DNA from: Octopus vulgaris | Lineage: Eukaryota | Assembly: GCA_951406725.2 (NCBI GenBank) | Contig: OX597830.1 | Span: forward strand, 73,470,001-73,534,000 | Reading direction: 5' to 3' | DNA length: 64,000 nt | Shown here: piece by piece, positions 1-13,818 of the stretch | Layout of the letters: the number at the start of each line of letters is the position of its first letter | Position numbering within the stretch: position 1 is the stretch's first letter | Notes under the pieces: model-generated | Told to the model about the DNA's origin: nothing | Databases searched by the model: none | The model's input: only the letters and a program-made list of their open reading frames with translations | Program-made: the position numbers and the translations under genes

Positions 1-49
1 AGGAATTATAAAAATGGATAAAATCATTTGAAAGTTGAAAAAAAAAAAG

Positions 50-285
50 CGCTTCTATTTGTTTTGAGACTTTCTGTTCTGTATTCAAATCTGGTAAAGG
101 TCACCTCTTCCTTTCATCTTTCTGGAGTCGATAAAGTAAATTAACGATAAAGTAGTGGAGCCCTTGCACCTATGTTAGAGCGTCGAACAAAATGCTTTAC
201 GGAAATTGCTTTGACTCTTTAAGTTCTCCCGTAGAGGTCAGCTTTGCCTTTCATCCTTCTGGTATGGAGACAATGAAGAACTCAT
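50..285 (+). mobile_element. Old degenerate SINE family A fragments
   Basis: Diverged matches to the family A core (ttcaaat...ggtca.ctttgcctttcatcctt...gtcgataaa). Confidence 0.55.
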
Positions 286-858
286 CAAGTATTGGATTCG
301 TTATGATAGACTAAAAGTTTGGGCCCCGTGCCTCCAAGTTGAGGTTGTGATACCCTAATCCACGATATCATGGCCATGTTAACTCTGTTGAACATGAAAG
401 GAACTTGTGCTTGTTTGGACTGGTTCGAGAGGATTATAATTTTATAGGTATAGTTTTGCTTTTCTAACAACGCACTATTTAACACTTGTATCCAAAACAC
501 CTTCACAAAAGTTTATTTTCGTCAATAACTTGTCTTTTGTCTTTAATTCCAACCATTCCTATAGCGTCTACACAGCCAGTTGCAATTGCCATATCTTCCT
601 TGGTTTTTACTCTCTCTCTCTCTCTCTTTCTTTCTCTCTCTTTCTCTCCCTTTCATTTCACAGGCTAATGTCACTGTTCTCTTTCCCGTTTTCTTTTTTG
701 AAGTTGCAGTCCTTGTGTGTTTTTCTCATTGGTACAAAGTTTCATTTTTAATAATCTAGACCGGGTTCTGTTCGTAATATTTTTAATTAAAACTTTCAAT
801 GGGTGAAATTACCCATGCGATTCCTGTGCATGAGTTTATGGGTGTGTTGGGGTGGGGG

Positions 859-891
<33 letters not shown>

Positions 892-1066
892 ATAGAAACA
901 TTTATTCTTTTTTTAAGTTTTAGACTGCAAAAATGTGAACATATACGTTTTCTTCCACTACTGTCGTCCTTGCAAAAGTCGTACTATATATTCATACATA
1001 CACACACACACATACGTACATGCTCACATACATACATACTCACGCATACATGCATACACACACACA

Positions 1067-1110
<44 letters not shown>

Positions 1111-1111
<1 letters not shown>

Positions 1112-1365
1112 TGGAGCGCGTGGCTTAGTGGTTAGGGTGTCAGCATCATGATTGTAAGATTGTGGTTTCGATTCCTGGACCGGGCGATGCGTTGTGTTCT
1201 TGAGCAAAACACTTCATTTCACATTGCTCCAGTTCACTCAGCTGGCAAAAATGAGTAACGCTGCGATGGACTGGTGTCTCGTCCAGCTGCGGAACACATA
1301 CACCATTGGAACCGGGAAACCTGGCCCATGAGCCTGGCTAGGCTTTAAAAGGGTGCATCTATTTA
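1111..1365 (+). mobile_element. tRNA-derived SINE family C, tail variant ctgcgatggactgg
   Basis: A box tggcttagtgg, B-box-like gtttcgattcc, then ttgagcaaaacactt and ctccagttcactcagctg shared with copies at 31.7 kb and 54.1 kb. Confidence 0.8.
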
Positions 1366-1414
1366 TTATTTTATATATATATATACACACACACACACAC
1401 AAATAAACATGTTC

Positions 1415-1580
1415 TTAATAAAAGACAAATAAGACCCACTTTTTTTATATAAAAAAAATTGTCTCGAAAAATGGTCCCATTTTACACACTTGAATACTCT
1501 AAAAAAAAAATTTTTTCTCCTGAATATGCTCTGCAAAAAATAGGGTGCGACTAAGATGCCCGTGCGTCTTTTATACGGCA
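1415..1580. mobile_element. Decayed pogo/Tigger-like MITE remnant
   Basis: Subterminal motifs taagacccac and gggtgcgactaagat...gtgcgtcttttatacgg, typical of pogo-type MITE ends. Confidence 0.35.
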
Positions 1581-2101
1581 TGTGTGTGTGTACGTGTGTG
1601 TACTTGAACGCTTCTCTCCTTTTACTCTCACGTCGTTCCAGTTTTACCCCATCTGATATTTTGCTACGTGGACAATCCGTTTTCCTTTGCTAAGTTACTG
1701 CTAAGACCATCAATGCTTTAGAACAATCATTCTCAGAATTTTTCTTTTTTTTTTATCAGCAGACAGCAGACGATGAACTCTTAATGTCTTTCATAGTCTG
1801 CGCACGTCTGACGTCACTTCCGTCCCTCTCAATTTATTCCACTTATTTGTTTCTACTTAATGACGAAACAAGTTTTCCTGGAATATGAGTTACAACTTGA
1901 CAATTCATTTTTTTTTTTTTTTCGTCTCACCTGGTTAGTTCGAGATCTGTGGCTCACCCAGGTATCATCGTGCAGGTAAACTTGCTTAGAATACATTCGT
2001 TTGCTCACTCAATAATCAAATTGAATATAAAGTTTCATAAATTTTCGTTTATTTGCTTGCCATAGATATTAATGTAAGAGAACGTATGTGGTATACAGTT
2101 A

Positions 2102-2322
2102 AGGCGGCGAGCTGGCAGAAACATTAGCACGCCTGGTGAAATGCTTAGCGGCATTTCGTCTGCCGCTACGTTCTGAGTTGAAATTCCGCCCTGGTCGACT
2201 TTGCCTTTCATCCTTTCGGGGTCGATTAAATAAGTACCAATTACGTACTGGAGTCGATATAATCGACTTAATCCGTTTGCTTGTCCCCTCTGTGTGTAGC
2301 CCCTTGTGGGCAGTGAAGAAAT
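2102..2322 (+). mobile_element. SINE family A, monomer
   Basis: aggcggcgagctggcagaa head, gtcgactttgcctttcatcctttcggggtcga core; TSD gtatacag at 2091-2098 and 2325-2332. Confidence 0.9.
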
Positions 2323-3339
2323 AAGTATACAGCATAGAATTATTAAACTTAATACCAATAATATTGCCTAATGTATTTCATTCCTTCTGAGGTGGTTTGC
2401 TGATTTTGTTTTGATTGTAAGTTAAACCCCGCTTTTCTGAACACGGGAAAATACTCATGTATGTTTTTGTAGGGAGTACTTGGTATGGTCGGTCCTCTTT
2501 TCATTGTGAGTGACAATCATGTTCATGTCTAGTTAACGTTTTTTTTTTCCCCCTTTCATCTATCTGACGTTGAATAAAAGATGTACTTATGACAATCTGT
2601 GAAATTGATGAAAATCCTAAACAGCAGTGCCCCAGTATGGCTGCGGTATATCAATCAGAAATAACTGTGAGCATTGGAATGAGTAACAAGAGGAGGAGGG
2701 CATGGGGCAAGGGTCTGAAAATCGTTTTGTTCAGTGTTAGGAATACTGAAATATTTGAATTATAAATTTGGAAAGTCAGACAAAATACTTAACAGTTGGA
2801 CACAACCATGTACAAAATATTTAGCTTGTATATTTTGCTGTCATTGTTAATGTTATTTGCTGGTAGAAGCGGTACACTATGTTGTATACGCCTTGTCATG
2901 TTATGAGTTCAAAATCCAGCTTGGATTCTGAACCTTCCAGACATTTTAAAAATAAGGACATTTTGTACTAAGTCCATTTAATCATAAACTTTTGTAAAGT
3001 TTGGTCATGTGTCAAAACTAGAAATCATTATTACCAAGAATAGTGCTGCGGTTGTCTAGGTTGATTTTAGTTCATCAGGCCTGGATGCAAAGGCGTTCTA
3101 GCCATGACAATCCCATCTCTTGTTTACAGATATCATTTGCCTGTTTAGTATTACTCTGTCTAATGTAGTTTCCCTTTATGTTCTGAATGTAAATCTCGCT
3201 TTGGATTTCAACTTAACTTTTATCCAAAAGTTCATAAACTATCAAATACTGGCATGTGCACGCTGATTGTTAACAAAAGCATCACTTATATAAACGGTGT
3301 CGTTTGTTTGCAGTTCACCTGAAAGCATGTCCGATCTGT

Positions 3340-3485
3340 TTCTTATTCGATAGAATGGGGAATGATGCTTTGCTTGGAAACAGGAGAGGGTTGGCTTCAA
3401 GGAGGGTACTCAGCCGTAGAAACTTCTATCTCAAGGGACTTTCTTCCAATACATGCGGGCATGGAAAAATAGACGTTAATACGAT
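3340..3485 (+). mobile_element. Old retroposon 3' fragment, RTE-tail-like
   Basis: ggagggtactcagccgtagaaac resembles the ggaagggcatccagccgtaaaa motif of RTE-related 3' ends. Confidence 0.35.
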
Positions 3486-3730
3486 ATTCAAGTTGTTGAT
3501 GACTGACATCTATTTTATAATCGAATTTCTTCCAGTCCCAGCCTTGTGTCTGCCAATCCTAGAAACCAATGGAATGAATATTGATGTAGTATAACATCAG
3601 GTTCATCCTAATATATCTGCTCCCTAATCAAAAGCGTTCCAACTATGACCATCCTATCATTTGTTTTCCAAACATCATGTGTCCAATACTTCATTGTACG
3701 AATGTCATCTTTGATGCCATCTGTCTTTAT

Positions 3731-3765
<35 letters not shown>

Positions 3766-4150
3766 TCATTCTCACTCTCTCCCTTCCTCTCATTCTCTCC
3801 CTCTCTCGGGAATAGGGTTTGATGTAAATGAAACATGATTGCATTTTTATAACTTGAGCGATCATGTAAATGTTCAATTTTTTTTTTAAACTCATGAATG
3901 TAGCTGTTGTGGTTGATGTTGTTGGTGACGATTGTGGTGGTGGTAGTGATGGTGACTGAGAATCTAGAGCGCCGGACTAATTAGATTACTAAAATTCACT
4001 TGATTCGACTCTTTTTCTTTTCTGTGTTGCAATCTTGCCGCGGTTGACTGAGTTTTATTACTCCGGAATCTTTTAAACACTAGTAAGCTACGTAAACATA
4101 TCGAGTATTCCCGTCAGCATTTGGCCTAAATTATTGTGCTTTTTATTATC

Positions 4151-4182
<32 letters not shown>

Positions 4183-4424
4183 TGTTATGGCGTTGAATGG
4201 CAATCAAGAAATGGAGTTAATTAAATCAATTACGTCACTCCTTCCCCGTCTCTAAATGTCTGCCCTTGAGACTGTATATTCCTTATCTGTCGTTGGCGGC
4301 GCTGTTGTTGCTTCTCTCACTTTTAGTCGGTTTACCTCACTTTCTCATTAATTATGTGTATCGTCGATGGTGCTGTCCCAAACATTTAAGGTACCCGTGG
4401 ACAATATAAGAAATTATTATTGTA

Positions 4425-4627
4425 AGGGTGGAGGACTAGCAAAAATCCTTACAGCACAAAACACAATATCTTGCAGTACTTGTCCCAGATTATTATGCTT
4501 TCATTTCATAATTCAGCCAAGGTTAACTTTGGGGTCGATTAATAAAGTACAAGTCAATTACTTGGGATTAATGGAATTGACTATACTCGTTCCCACTATT
4601 TTCTGACCTTGTAGCTAGAGTACAAAA

Positions 4628-4711
<84 letters not shown>

Positions 4712-5700
4712 TATGATCTTTATTATTATTGCGAGGGTGAAGATCCAGCAGAATCGTTAGCACGCCGGGCAAAATACTTAACGGCATTTCGCCTGTCTTA
4801 ACGTTCTGAGTTCAAATTCTGTCGAGGTCAACTTTGCCTTTCATCCATTTCTAGATTGATAAAATGCATACTACTTAAGCATTTGGGGTCAATGATATAA
4901 ACTAGCTTTTTTCCCTCCAAATTTAGGCCTCGCGCCTATAGCAGAAACGATTATCATAGTGATGAACAAGGAGGCAAACTGGCAGAGGCGTTAAACCTTC
5001 GGAAACTGTTTTTTGGCTATATTTCTTCTGGCTCTTTACGTTCTGGGTTCAAATTGTACCTGGATCAATTTATCTTTTCATTCGAGCGGGCTTGTTAAAA
5101 TTAACTACCTGTTATGTAATGTGGTCTTTAGTATCCGGGCAGAAACGTTAGCACGCCGGGCGAAATGCTTAGCGGTATTTCGTCTGTCTTTACGTTCTGA
5201 GATGAAATTCCGCCGAGGTCGACTTTGCCTTTCATCCTTTCGGAGTCGATAAATTAAGTACCAGTTGCGTACTGGGGTCGATCTAATCGACTGGTCCCCT
5301 CACTGAAAATTTCTGGGCCTTTTGCCTAGAGTAGAAAAGTATCCACTTACACTCCCCCTTCAAAACTACTGGCCTTGTATCTAAATCCGAAATATTTTTA
5401 AACAATGAATTAAGGAAAATTTGGTAAATACAATCGATTGTTTTCTCCTAAAATGACTTGTGGTATTTCGTTACTCATTTTGTCGTTGCGGGTTCGAATT
5501 CAACTGAGGTTGACTTCAGCTTTCATCCTTATGGAAACACGGTTGGGTGTTGATAGAATATAACTCCATTCCAGTTCTGGGGTCGATATAATCAAATATA
5601 CACTCCCCTTCTCTACAAAAATGGGTGTTCTGTGTCAACAATTACGAATAATGATTAATAAGGCAGTGACCGGCAGAATCTGTAGAGCATCGGACAAAAT
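4425..5700 (+). mobile_element. Cluster of at least 4 SINE A copies of different ages with (ATT)n/(CAT)n
   Basis: Repeated family A heads and cores at about 4425, 4733, 4971 and 5139-5340 (the youngest), plus fragments to 5700. Confidence 0.75.
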
Positions 5701-6369
5701 ACATTTGTGTGCTATATAGTTAACTCCCGCTCAAAATGACCACGCTTTGCAACCTTCGAGAGTGGGAAAGAAGGGGTGAGTTGATATTAATAAAAGTATC
5801 AATCAATTATTGAGATCTATAGAATCGAATGTGGCTATGTTAGAAGCATTAATTTAATAAATTTTTTTTTAATTGTATCACAGTAGTAAATTAAATTATC
5901 TGCTATATATCCATAGGAAAATGCTTGAAAATGAAAAAATATAACATACTGCACACCGATAAAAAAAAATATATGTAAAAGAAAAAAAAAGACCAAAAAA
6001 ATGTATTGAGATATATTTTTTGTTGTATCTTATTATTTTTTTTTCTGTTCTGTTGTATATTGTTTTTAAATGAAATTGAGTGAGTTTTGATGTTGAAAAA
6101 GACAAATGTGGAATTTATACGGTACCAAAAGAAAGAAGAAAAAAAAAGTACCTGAGAAAGGTAAAAATAAAGAAAAAAAAATATTGATGAAAGAGAAACA
6201 AAAAAAACATGAAACAAACGAGAATTAAAAATGTGTTTTGAAGTGGTGACCAAAAATTTTAATTAAATACGAAAAGGAAAATAATAAATATAACTTGACG
6301 ACGAATCTCTAAACCGAAAGTAATATTTTATTGGAATATTTGAATTAACGTAAGTAATGTACTTATGTG

Positions 6370-6765
<396 letters not shown>

Positions 6766-7129
6766 GAACCGCCCAGTTAACGAGAAAAATTTTCTTTGCA
6801 TTTTTTTTGTGGGGGATGGGGCAAAGTTTATAACAGTAATAATTATTATTATTTTCTTTGTATGGTCATATTTAAATGAAAATTAAATAAAAAATGATAA
6901 TATTATTGAAAAATTATATACTATATTATACTATATTATATTATACTATATTATATTATATCATATTATATTATGTGAAGAATACAAAATCTAAGAAATA
7001 TAATATTGAAATTTTTAATCTTAAAAAAAAAGAGAATAAAATTGAGATACAGAGCAAGGATTGTTATTTTCTTTCATTTATTGTTATTGAATGGAAATGC
7101 AATGCATTTTCTACGGATATTTTGTATTC

Positions 7130-7442
7130 TTTTATTTGTTTCAGTCATTCGAAAAAATCCCCCCCCCCTCCCTGGATTTATTCTTTTTAAGCCTAGCACT
7201 TATTCGATCAATCTCTTATCGGTTGTCAAGCGATGGTCAGGGGACAAATACAGACACAAACATATACGTATATATATATATATATATACGACGAGATTCT
7301 TTCAGTTTCCATTTACAAAAATCATTCGCAAGGCTTTGGTCGGCCCGAAGCTATAGTAGAAGACATTTGCCCTAGGTACTTCGCAGTGGGACTGAACCTG
7401 GAACCGTGTGGTTGGTAAGCAAGCTACTTACCACACAGCCAC
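7130..7442 (-). mobile_element. SINE family B (CORE-like), internally deleted
   Basis: Reverse complement of the gtggctgtgtggtaagtagcttgc head, ...gggcaa.tgtcttctactatag, and part of the 3' tail. Confidence 0.8.
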
Positions 7443-7692
7443 GTCTATTTCACAATTAATCTTTCTTTTAGTCATTAATCTATTGCCAGGTTGTGGGTAC
7501 CACTTTGAATTGTTTGATCGAACAAACCGTCGCCTTCCACCTACTCTGCTTAAGTTTATTTTATTTTTAAGTGTGTTGCTTCTTCTACCGGACCGTTTCT
7601 TGCAGAGCCATTATGGGGACGTAAGCACCCCAAGACCGGTATTTGCAACGAGAAAAAGAAGGAACGGTACAAGCACAAATTCACAGACACAC

Positions 7693-7751
<59 letters not shown>

Positions 7752-7902
7752 GGTTTAAGCAATTAAGATTCAAATGAGTTCTATTGAATTCACAAGAATA
7801 TGGTACTTGACTTGGATGCACCAGAAATTTATATGGTGTTAACCATACGATAAAGTGGGGTGATTACAAATAGGAAAAAAGCAACAAGAATGGATCAAAA
7901 TA

Positions 7903-7987
7903 TCGGTACAATTGTTTCGTACGAAGACATCTTTAATAAGGCTACAAAAATTGCAGTAAATATAGATGGCTCGTACTCATCAGCCGA
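7903..7987 (-). ncRNA. Type I hammerhead ribozyme motif (PLE-type)
   Basis: Minus strand reads tcgg-CTGATGA-gtacga...tcgtac-GAAA-CAATTG-TA-ccga; reverse complement of 8665-8749. Confidence 0.8.
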
Positions 7988-8664
7988 AAAAACATCCGAG
8001 ATTTCCAAACATCAAAGGGGGTAATATTACAATCGTGAAACATCATGGAGAGTTCTATAAAAATGGAAAATTTGGATAATTTCCTTGGTTTCTAAGATTT
8101 CAGTTAGTATTACACAGGTTTATAAAAGTCTTTTCAAAACCTCTTAGTTTTCCAGAAAGTGAAGACAAAAGTTAGGGTTTGAATATATCCTTATTGAATA
8201 AAGTTGGATTCTTGGAGATGTGATGAGAAAGTATCGTACTCACTTTTTTTTTTCAGCCTGTTCGCCTTCGCTATAAGACTGCCGCTACGCTTCCTCTTCG
8301 GATTATAACATAGCGTTTTTCAGAAATTTCACACGAATTTATCTAAAATATCTCCACACAGCTTGATTCGCACTTACTATGAACTATATATGGACAAACG
8401 CATTTTCTGTGAGTACGATACTTTCTCATCACATCTCCAAGAATCCAACTTTATTCAATAAGGATATATTCAAACCCTAACTGCTGTCTTCACTTTCTGG
8501 AAAACTAAGAGGTTTTGAAAAGACTTTTTATAAACCTGTGTAATACTAACTGAAATCTTAGAAACCAATTTGTTATCCAAATTTTCCACTTTTATAGAAC
8601 TCTCCATGATGTTTCACGATTGTAATATTACCCCCTTTGATGTTTGGAAATCTCGGATGTTTTT

Positions 8665-8749
8665 TCGGCTGATGAGTACGAGCCATCTATATTTACTGCA
8701 ATTTTTGTAGCCTTATTAAAGATGTCTTCGTACGAAACAATTGTACCGA
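8665..8749 (+). ncRNA. Type I hammerhead ribozyme motif (PLE-type)
   Basis: Stem I tcgg/ccga, core CTGATGA (8669-8675), long stem II gtacga/tcgtac, GAAA (8734-8737), palindromic stem III CAATTG, GUA cleavage triplet ending at 8745. Confidence 0.8.
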
Positions 8750-8777
8750 TATTTTGATCCTTTCTTATTGCTTTTTT

Positions 8778-8842
<65 letters not shown>

Positions 8843-8844
<2 letters not shown>

Positions 8845-9015
8845 GAAATTTACAGAAAAACAAAAGACGAAGATACGTGTACGAACAACAAGCAGGTGTA
8901 GTAGTTTGGCGCTCGGGAAAGTGAGAAAGTCTTTTACGTTTCGAGCCTACGCTCTTCAACAGAAAGGAATAAGAGAAAATAAACAGAGGGAGAATGAAAA
9001 AACTTGTGGATTTAG
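8843..9015 (-). mobile_element. PLE-like terminal fragment with minimal hammerhead variant (8931-8966)
   Basis: cttt-CTGTTGA-A-GAGC-gtag-GCTC-GAAA-CG-TA-aaag; related to fragments at 17.6 and 24.3 kb; 3' end abuts (TA)n. Confidence 0.6.
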
Positions 9016-9039
9016 AGATAAATATATATAGGCTATATA

Positions 9040-9335
9040 ACCCCTTCGGGCATGAATGACCATGGAACTGCATCTATAAAGTTACCTTCCGAGGCATAAA
9101 ATCAGGAAAGGTTATTTTATGGAAGGCCAGCAGTCGCTTATGCATAGCAGCATCTCCTCTCTACGCCACCGATGTTATTCAAGGGAAAGCTAAAGACCAA
9201 TACAGCTTGGCACCAGTGACATCGCAACTCATTTCTACAGCTGAGGGAACTGGAGCAACGTGAAACGTAGTGTCTTGCTCAAGAACACAAAACACAGAGC
9301 TTAGTCCGGGAATCGAACTCACTACCTCATGATTG
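9040..9335 (-). mobile_element. SINE family C
   Basis: Reverse complement of ttgagcaagacact...ctccagtt..ctcagctgtagaaatgagttgcga.gtcactggtgccaagctg. Confidence 0.8.
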
Positions 9336-9352
9336 TGATTTACATATATATA

Positions 9353-9421
<69 letters not shown>

Positions 9422-9520
9422 CAAGGTGCTATAGAAGACACCTTCCCGAGGTGTCGCGCAATGAGACTGAACCCGGAAACTAGGTGGTTCCAGAACGTGC
9501 TTCGTAACGACACGGCCAAG

Positions 9521-9931
9521 CTTACTCTTTTACTCTTTTACTTGTTTCAGTCATTTGACTGTGGCCATGCTGGAGCACCGCCTTTAGTCGAGTAAATCGA
9601 CCCAGGACTTATTCTTTGTAAGTCTAGTACTTATGTTATCGGTCTCTTTTGCCGAACCGCTAAGTTACGGGGACGTAAACACACCACCATCGGTTGTCAA
9701 GTGATGCTGGGGGACAAGCACAGACACACAAACATATACACACACATATATATACATACATACATACGACGGGCTTCTTTCAGTTTCCGTCTACCAAATC
9801 CACTCACAAGGCTTTGGTCGGCCCGAGGCTATAGTAGAAGACATTCGCCCAAGGTGCCACGCGGTGGGACTGAACCCGGAACCATGTGGTTGATAAGCAA
9901 GCTACTTACCACACAGCCACTCCTACGCCTA
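9521..9931 (-). mobile_element. SINE family B, full length
   Basis: Head taggcg.aggagtggctgtgtggtaag, ccttgggc core, internal microsatellite, tail ggcggtgctccagcatggccacagtcaaatgactgaaac plus (aaagagt)n. Confidence 0.9.
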
Positions 9932-10887
9932 TGACATTTTTTAACTATCTGCTGTAAAATTCGTGCTTGTTTCTATTTGTATTATGTATTATGCCATTGC
10001 GTATCCGTCGTGCGCATCTATTTATATGTATGTGCAACACATCTGAATAGGCCCCACACTGGATGAAGCTGGGGAACAACCCTTATGCAGGTAACGCTAT
10101 ATAATATACTATTCAAAGCTATACCATTCCAATACATCATTTTTTTTTTTTTTTTTTTTGCAGGCTGTTGTACTTAAGGTATGAAGACCAGAATTATACT
10201 GTTTTAAAATACATAATCATGACTGCATTTATACATGGCCCAATATGGGACGTTTCTCAGGGTCTCTCAAGCTTGGTGAGGAAGGGGGCTTTCACTGGCA
10301 GTACCCTAAAGGCTCCGAGTTGGAGATTAAAAATATATATTTACAGCAATCAAATTAATAGTTTGTAATCTTTTTGATATGTTTACATTTATTTGTTAAT
10401 CCCATAGATTTCATTTAAAATCATTGAGTTGTCTTTTAATTTACTGAGGTCTTTTAGATTTAAAAAGCCATTGAATTTAATTGAGTCAATCTGAAACTAC
10501 CGAAAACGTTTAAGTTTTGAGGGTTCTTCAAAAGGATTGGGCTCTCTGTATTATCTTGCTATAATGAGTTACCAAGATCGTAAGAGGCCTCAAAACTTAT
10601 AAGCCCATGACCCCTAATAGACCTGAAACTGGCCCTGCACATCATTGTTTATATTTAATAACCATATAGTTTGAATCGAAGTTGGGGATGTAACACCTAA
10701 TAGATTATGAAACAGTTTATCCTTCATCTCCCCATTTTCTTTTCTTTTTTTTCTGTGTTAGGGGTTATATACTGCACAACTAAAACATTACACTTTATTG
10801 ATCCTGAACTTTTGGCTGCATCTTTCAGTTAATTTACATTCTGACCTGATTCTTTTGCGGAAATTTCTATTTTATCGCCACCTATAT

Positions 10888-11052
10888 GGACGGGCTTCTT
10901 TCAGTTTCCGTCTACCAAATCCACTCGCAAGGCTTTGGTCGGGCCGAGGCTATAGTAGAAGACACTTGCCCAAGGTGCCACGCAGTGAGACTGAACCCGG
11001 AAACATGTGGTTGGTAAGCAAGCTACTTACCACACAGCCACTCCTGCGCCTA
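10888..11052 (-). mobile_element. SINE family B, 5' half
   Basis: Near-consensus head and core. Confidence 0.85.
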
Positions 11053-11370
11053 TGTATGATTGGCCAAGAAATTTCGTAGTCCATTTCTCTCAGTAACCTT
11101 GCATAAAAGTAACATCGACGAGAAGACAGCTGGAGGAGAAGAGAGCAGTAACAGCAGTAAGAAGGCGTTTGTCTTCACTTGAGTATACAGGAGCAACGTG
11201 AGATGAAGTGCTTTGCTCAAAGAAACGACCCGACATCAACTTCCAGAATCGCTCCCATGTCCTTGTGTTCGTGACACAAGTTCCTTACCTACAGAGCTAC
11301 ACAAACACACACACTTCTCATGCATACGCACATGTATATATATTCAATATACAAAATATGCTCTACCTAA

Positions 11371-11967
11371 TTCTTTACTACCCAGAAGGGGCTAAACACA
11401 GAGAGGACAAACAAGGATAGTTAAACGGATTAAGTCGATTACATCGACCCCAGTGTGTAACTGGTACTTATTTAATCGACCCCGAAAGGATGAAATGCAA
11501 AGTCGACCTCAGCTGAATTTGAACGCAGAACGTAGCCGCAGACGAAATACCTATTTTTTTACTACCCTCAAGGGGCTAAACACAGAGGAGACAAACAAGG
11601 ATAGTTAAACGGATTAAGTCGATTACATCGACCCCAGTGTGTAACTGGTACTTATTTAATCGACCCCGAAAGGATGAAATGCAAAGTCGACCTCAGCTGA
11701 ATTTGAACGCAGAACGTAGCCGCAGACGAAATACCTATTTCTTTACTACCCACAAGGGGCTAAACACAGAGGGGACAAACAAGGACAGACATAGGTATTA
11801 AGTCAATTACATCGACCCCAGTGTGTAACTGGTGCTTAATTTATCGACCCCGAAAGGATGAAAGGCAAAGTCGACCTCGGCGGAATTTGAACTCAGAACG
11901 TAGCGGCAGACGAAATACCGCTGAGCATTTCGTCCGGCGTGCTAACGATTCTGCCAGCTCACCGCCT
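11371..11967 (-). mobile_element. SINE family A trimer (one head plus three ~180-bp units)
   Basis: Three tandem units; 22-bp TSD atatacaaaatatgctctacct at 11347-11368 and 11969-11990. Confidence 0.9.
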
Positions 11968-12479
11968 TATATACAAAATATGCTCTACCTGTATGTGTGA
12001 CAGACAAAGAGGAAGTAAAGATTTTTGCAAACGAGAGTATTAATCGTATTTACTAAAACCATATCTAAAAAGGTGAAAGAAATATAGTGTTTCATTCAAA
12101 ATCTATTTATTATCCGAGAATATTTTCACCAATTCCGTATACCCTATCCACCCACAGCAGAGCTACAGACAAAGGAACGCATCCCAGATTACCAAAACAT
12201 TCTTCAAAAATATTATAATGTTCATTTCAATTATATATCATTTAAAACACACATGTCTGAATATATATCAAAGTGAGTGATATTCTCATACTGCATTCAC
12301 AACATTTCATTCTAAGGAGGCTCTCTATATATATATTTACATATGCGATGTATCCATCTTAACTCATATGTTTAATATATATGATATATGTATGTGAGAG
12401 AGAGGGAGAGAATTGTACATTTTTACCTTTAAACATGAGCAATTATTCATAACCATATTATGTATGTATACCTACATTA

Positions 12480-12654
12480 ATGCATGTATATACATGTGCG
12501 TGTTACACATTCACACACATGCGTACATTTATATATAAACTTACATATGTAGGAATATTTATGTGTATGTGTGTGGTTGATTATAGGTGAAGATATATAC
12601 CTGTGTATACTGTGTATATTTATATATGTGTGTGTATGTATGTATATATGGGTG

Positions 12655-12685
<31 letters not shown>

Positions 12686-12716
12686 GTGTGTGTGTATACA
12701 TATATATATATATGTA

Positions 12717-12773
<57 letters not shown>

Positions 12774-12879
12774 AGATATGCATATATACATACATACATA
12801 TATATATGTATATATATATATATATATATACACATATATATAGATATGCATATATATAGATATGCATATATACATACAT

Positions 12880-12960
<81 letters not shown>

Positions 12961-12965
12961 TATAT
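12480..12965. repeat. Compound (TA)/(TG) microsatellite
   Basis: Directly visible. Confidence 0.9.
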
Positions 12966-13565
12966 GTGAACATATTCATTTCTTTGGACACTCCAAAACT
13001 GAATAAGAAAATGAATGAAAAGTAGAAACAGAGAAACGAAGAGGAAAAGAAATAAGAAAAAAGGCAAAGAAAATAATAATAAAAAAGTTACAGGAACAAA
13101 ATTTGAAAGATGCGAGCAGTGTCTACCATAGCTATAGGTGAGAGTCCAGTATGACATTTTGTATATTTTACATAAATAATATATGATAGTAAGTTAAGAT
13201 ATAAGAGAAGGTATTAGTCTAATGCTTTTGGATAGGCATGCAGGATGTTGGTGGTGGTGTGTGTTGTCAGATCGCTGTATGCCAGCTATTTCAGAGTTAT
13301 GTCTTCACTAATAGCTATAAATTCTCTTCTCTTTCTCACCCTCACTCTCTTTGTAACCCTCTCCCTCTCTGTCTATGTAAACATTTGTATGTATGCTAAA
13401 ATGTGTGTGTGTTTGTTTGTCTATGTACGTGTATATATAGAAGAAAATGTAGACGAGAACATGGTAAAGATTGTAGCAAAAGGGCAAATAGACATGGAAA
13501 TCCTCTCGTCTGCCGTGGCGACAGCCCTTCCAGCACAGTTTCGGAGCGTTTGGCATTTAATCTTT

Positions 13566-13757
13566 AAATTGCATGGTAGTGTTCATGTGCTTGCGCCAGT
13601 AATATAGGAATATCAGAGAAAATGGATAAACAAGGGTTAATATGATGAACCACAGCATACAGGTTAGACGGGAAAATAGGGACACAAACAATTAATACAA
13701 GTGAGAAATAATGTATCGATGCTTATGTGTGTGTGCGTGTTTACACACACATTCACT

Positions 13758-13818
<61 letters not shown>

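Larger units (their letters stand above)
7751..8782. mobile_element. Penelope-like terminal fragment as a ~370-bp inverted repeat (arms 7870-8243 and 8409-8782), bounded by (TA)n
   Basis: Arms are near-identical reverse complements; each carries a hammerhead motif; both outer ends run into (TA)n. Confidence 0.75.
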
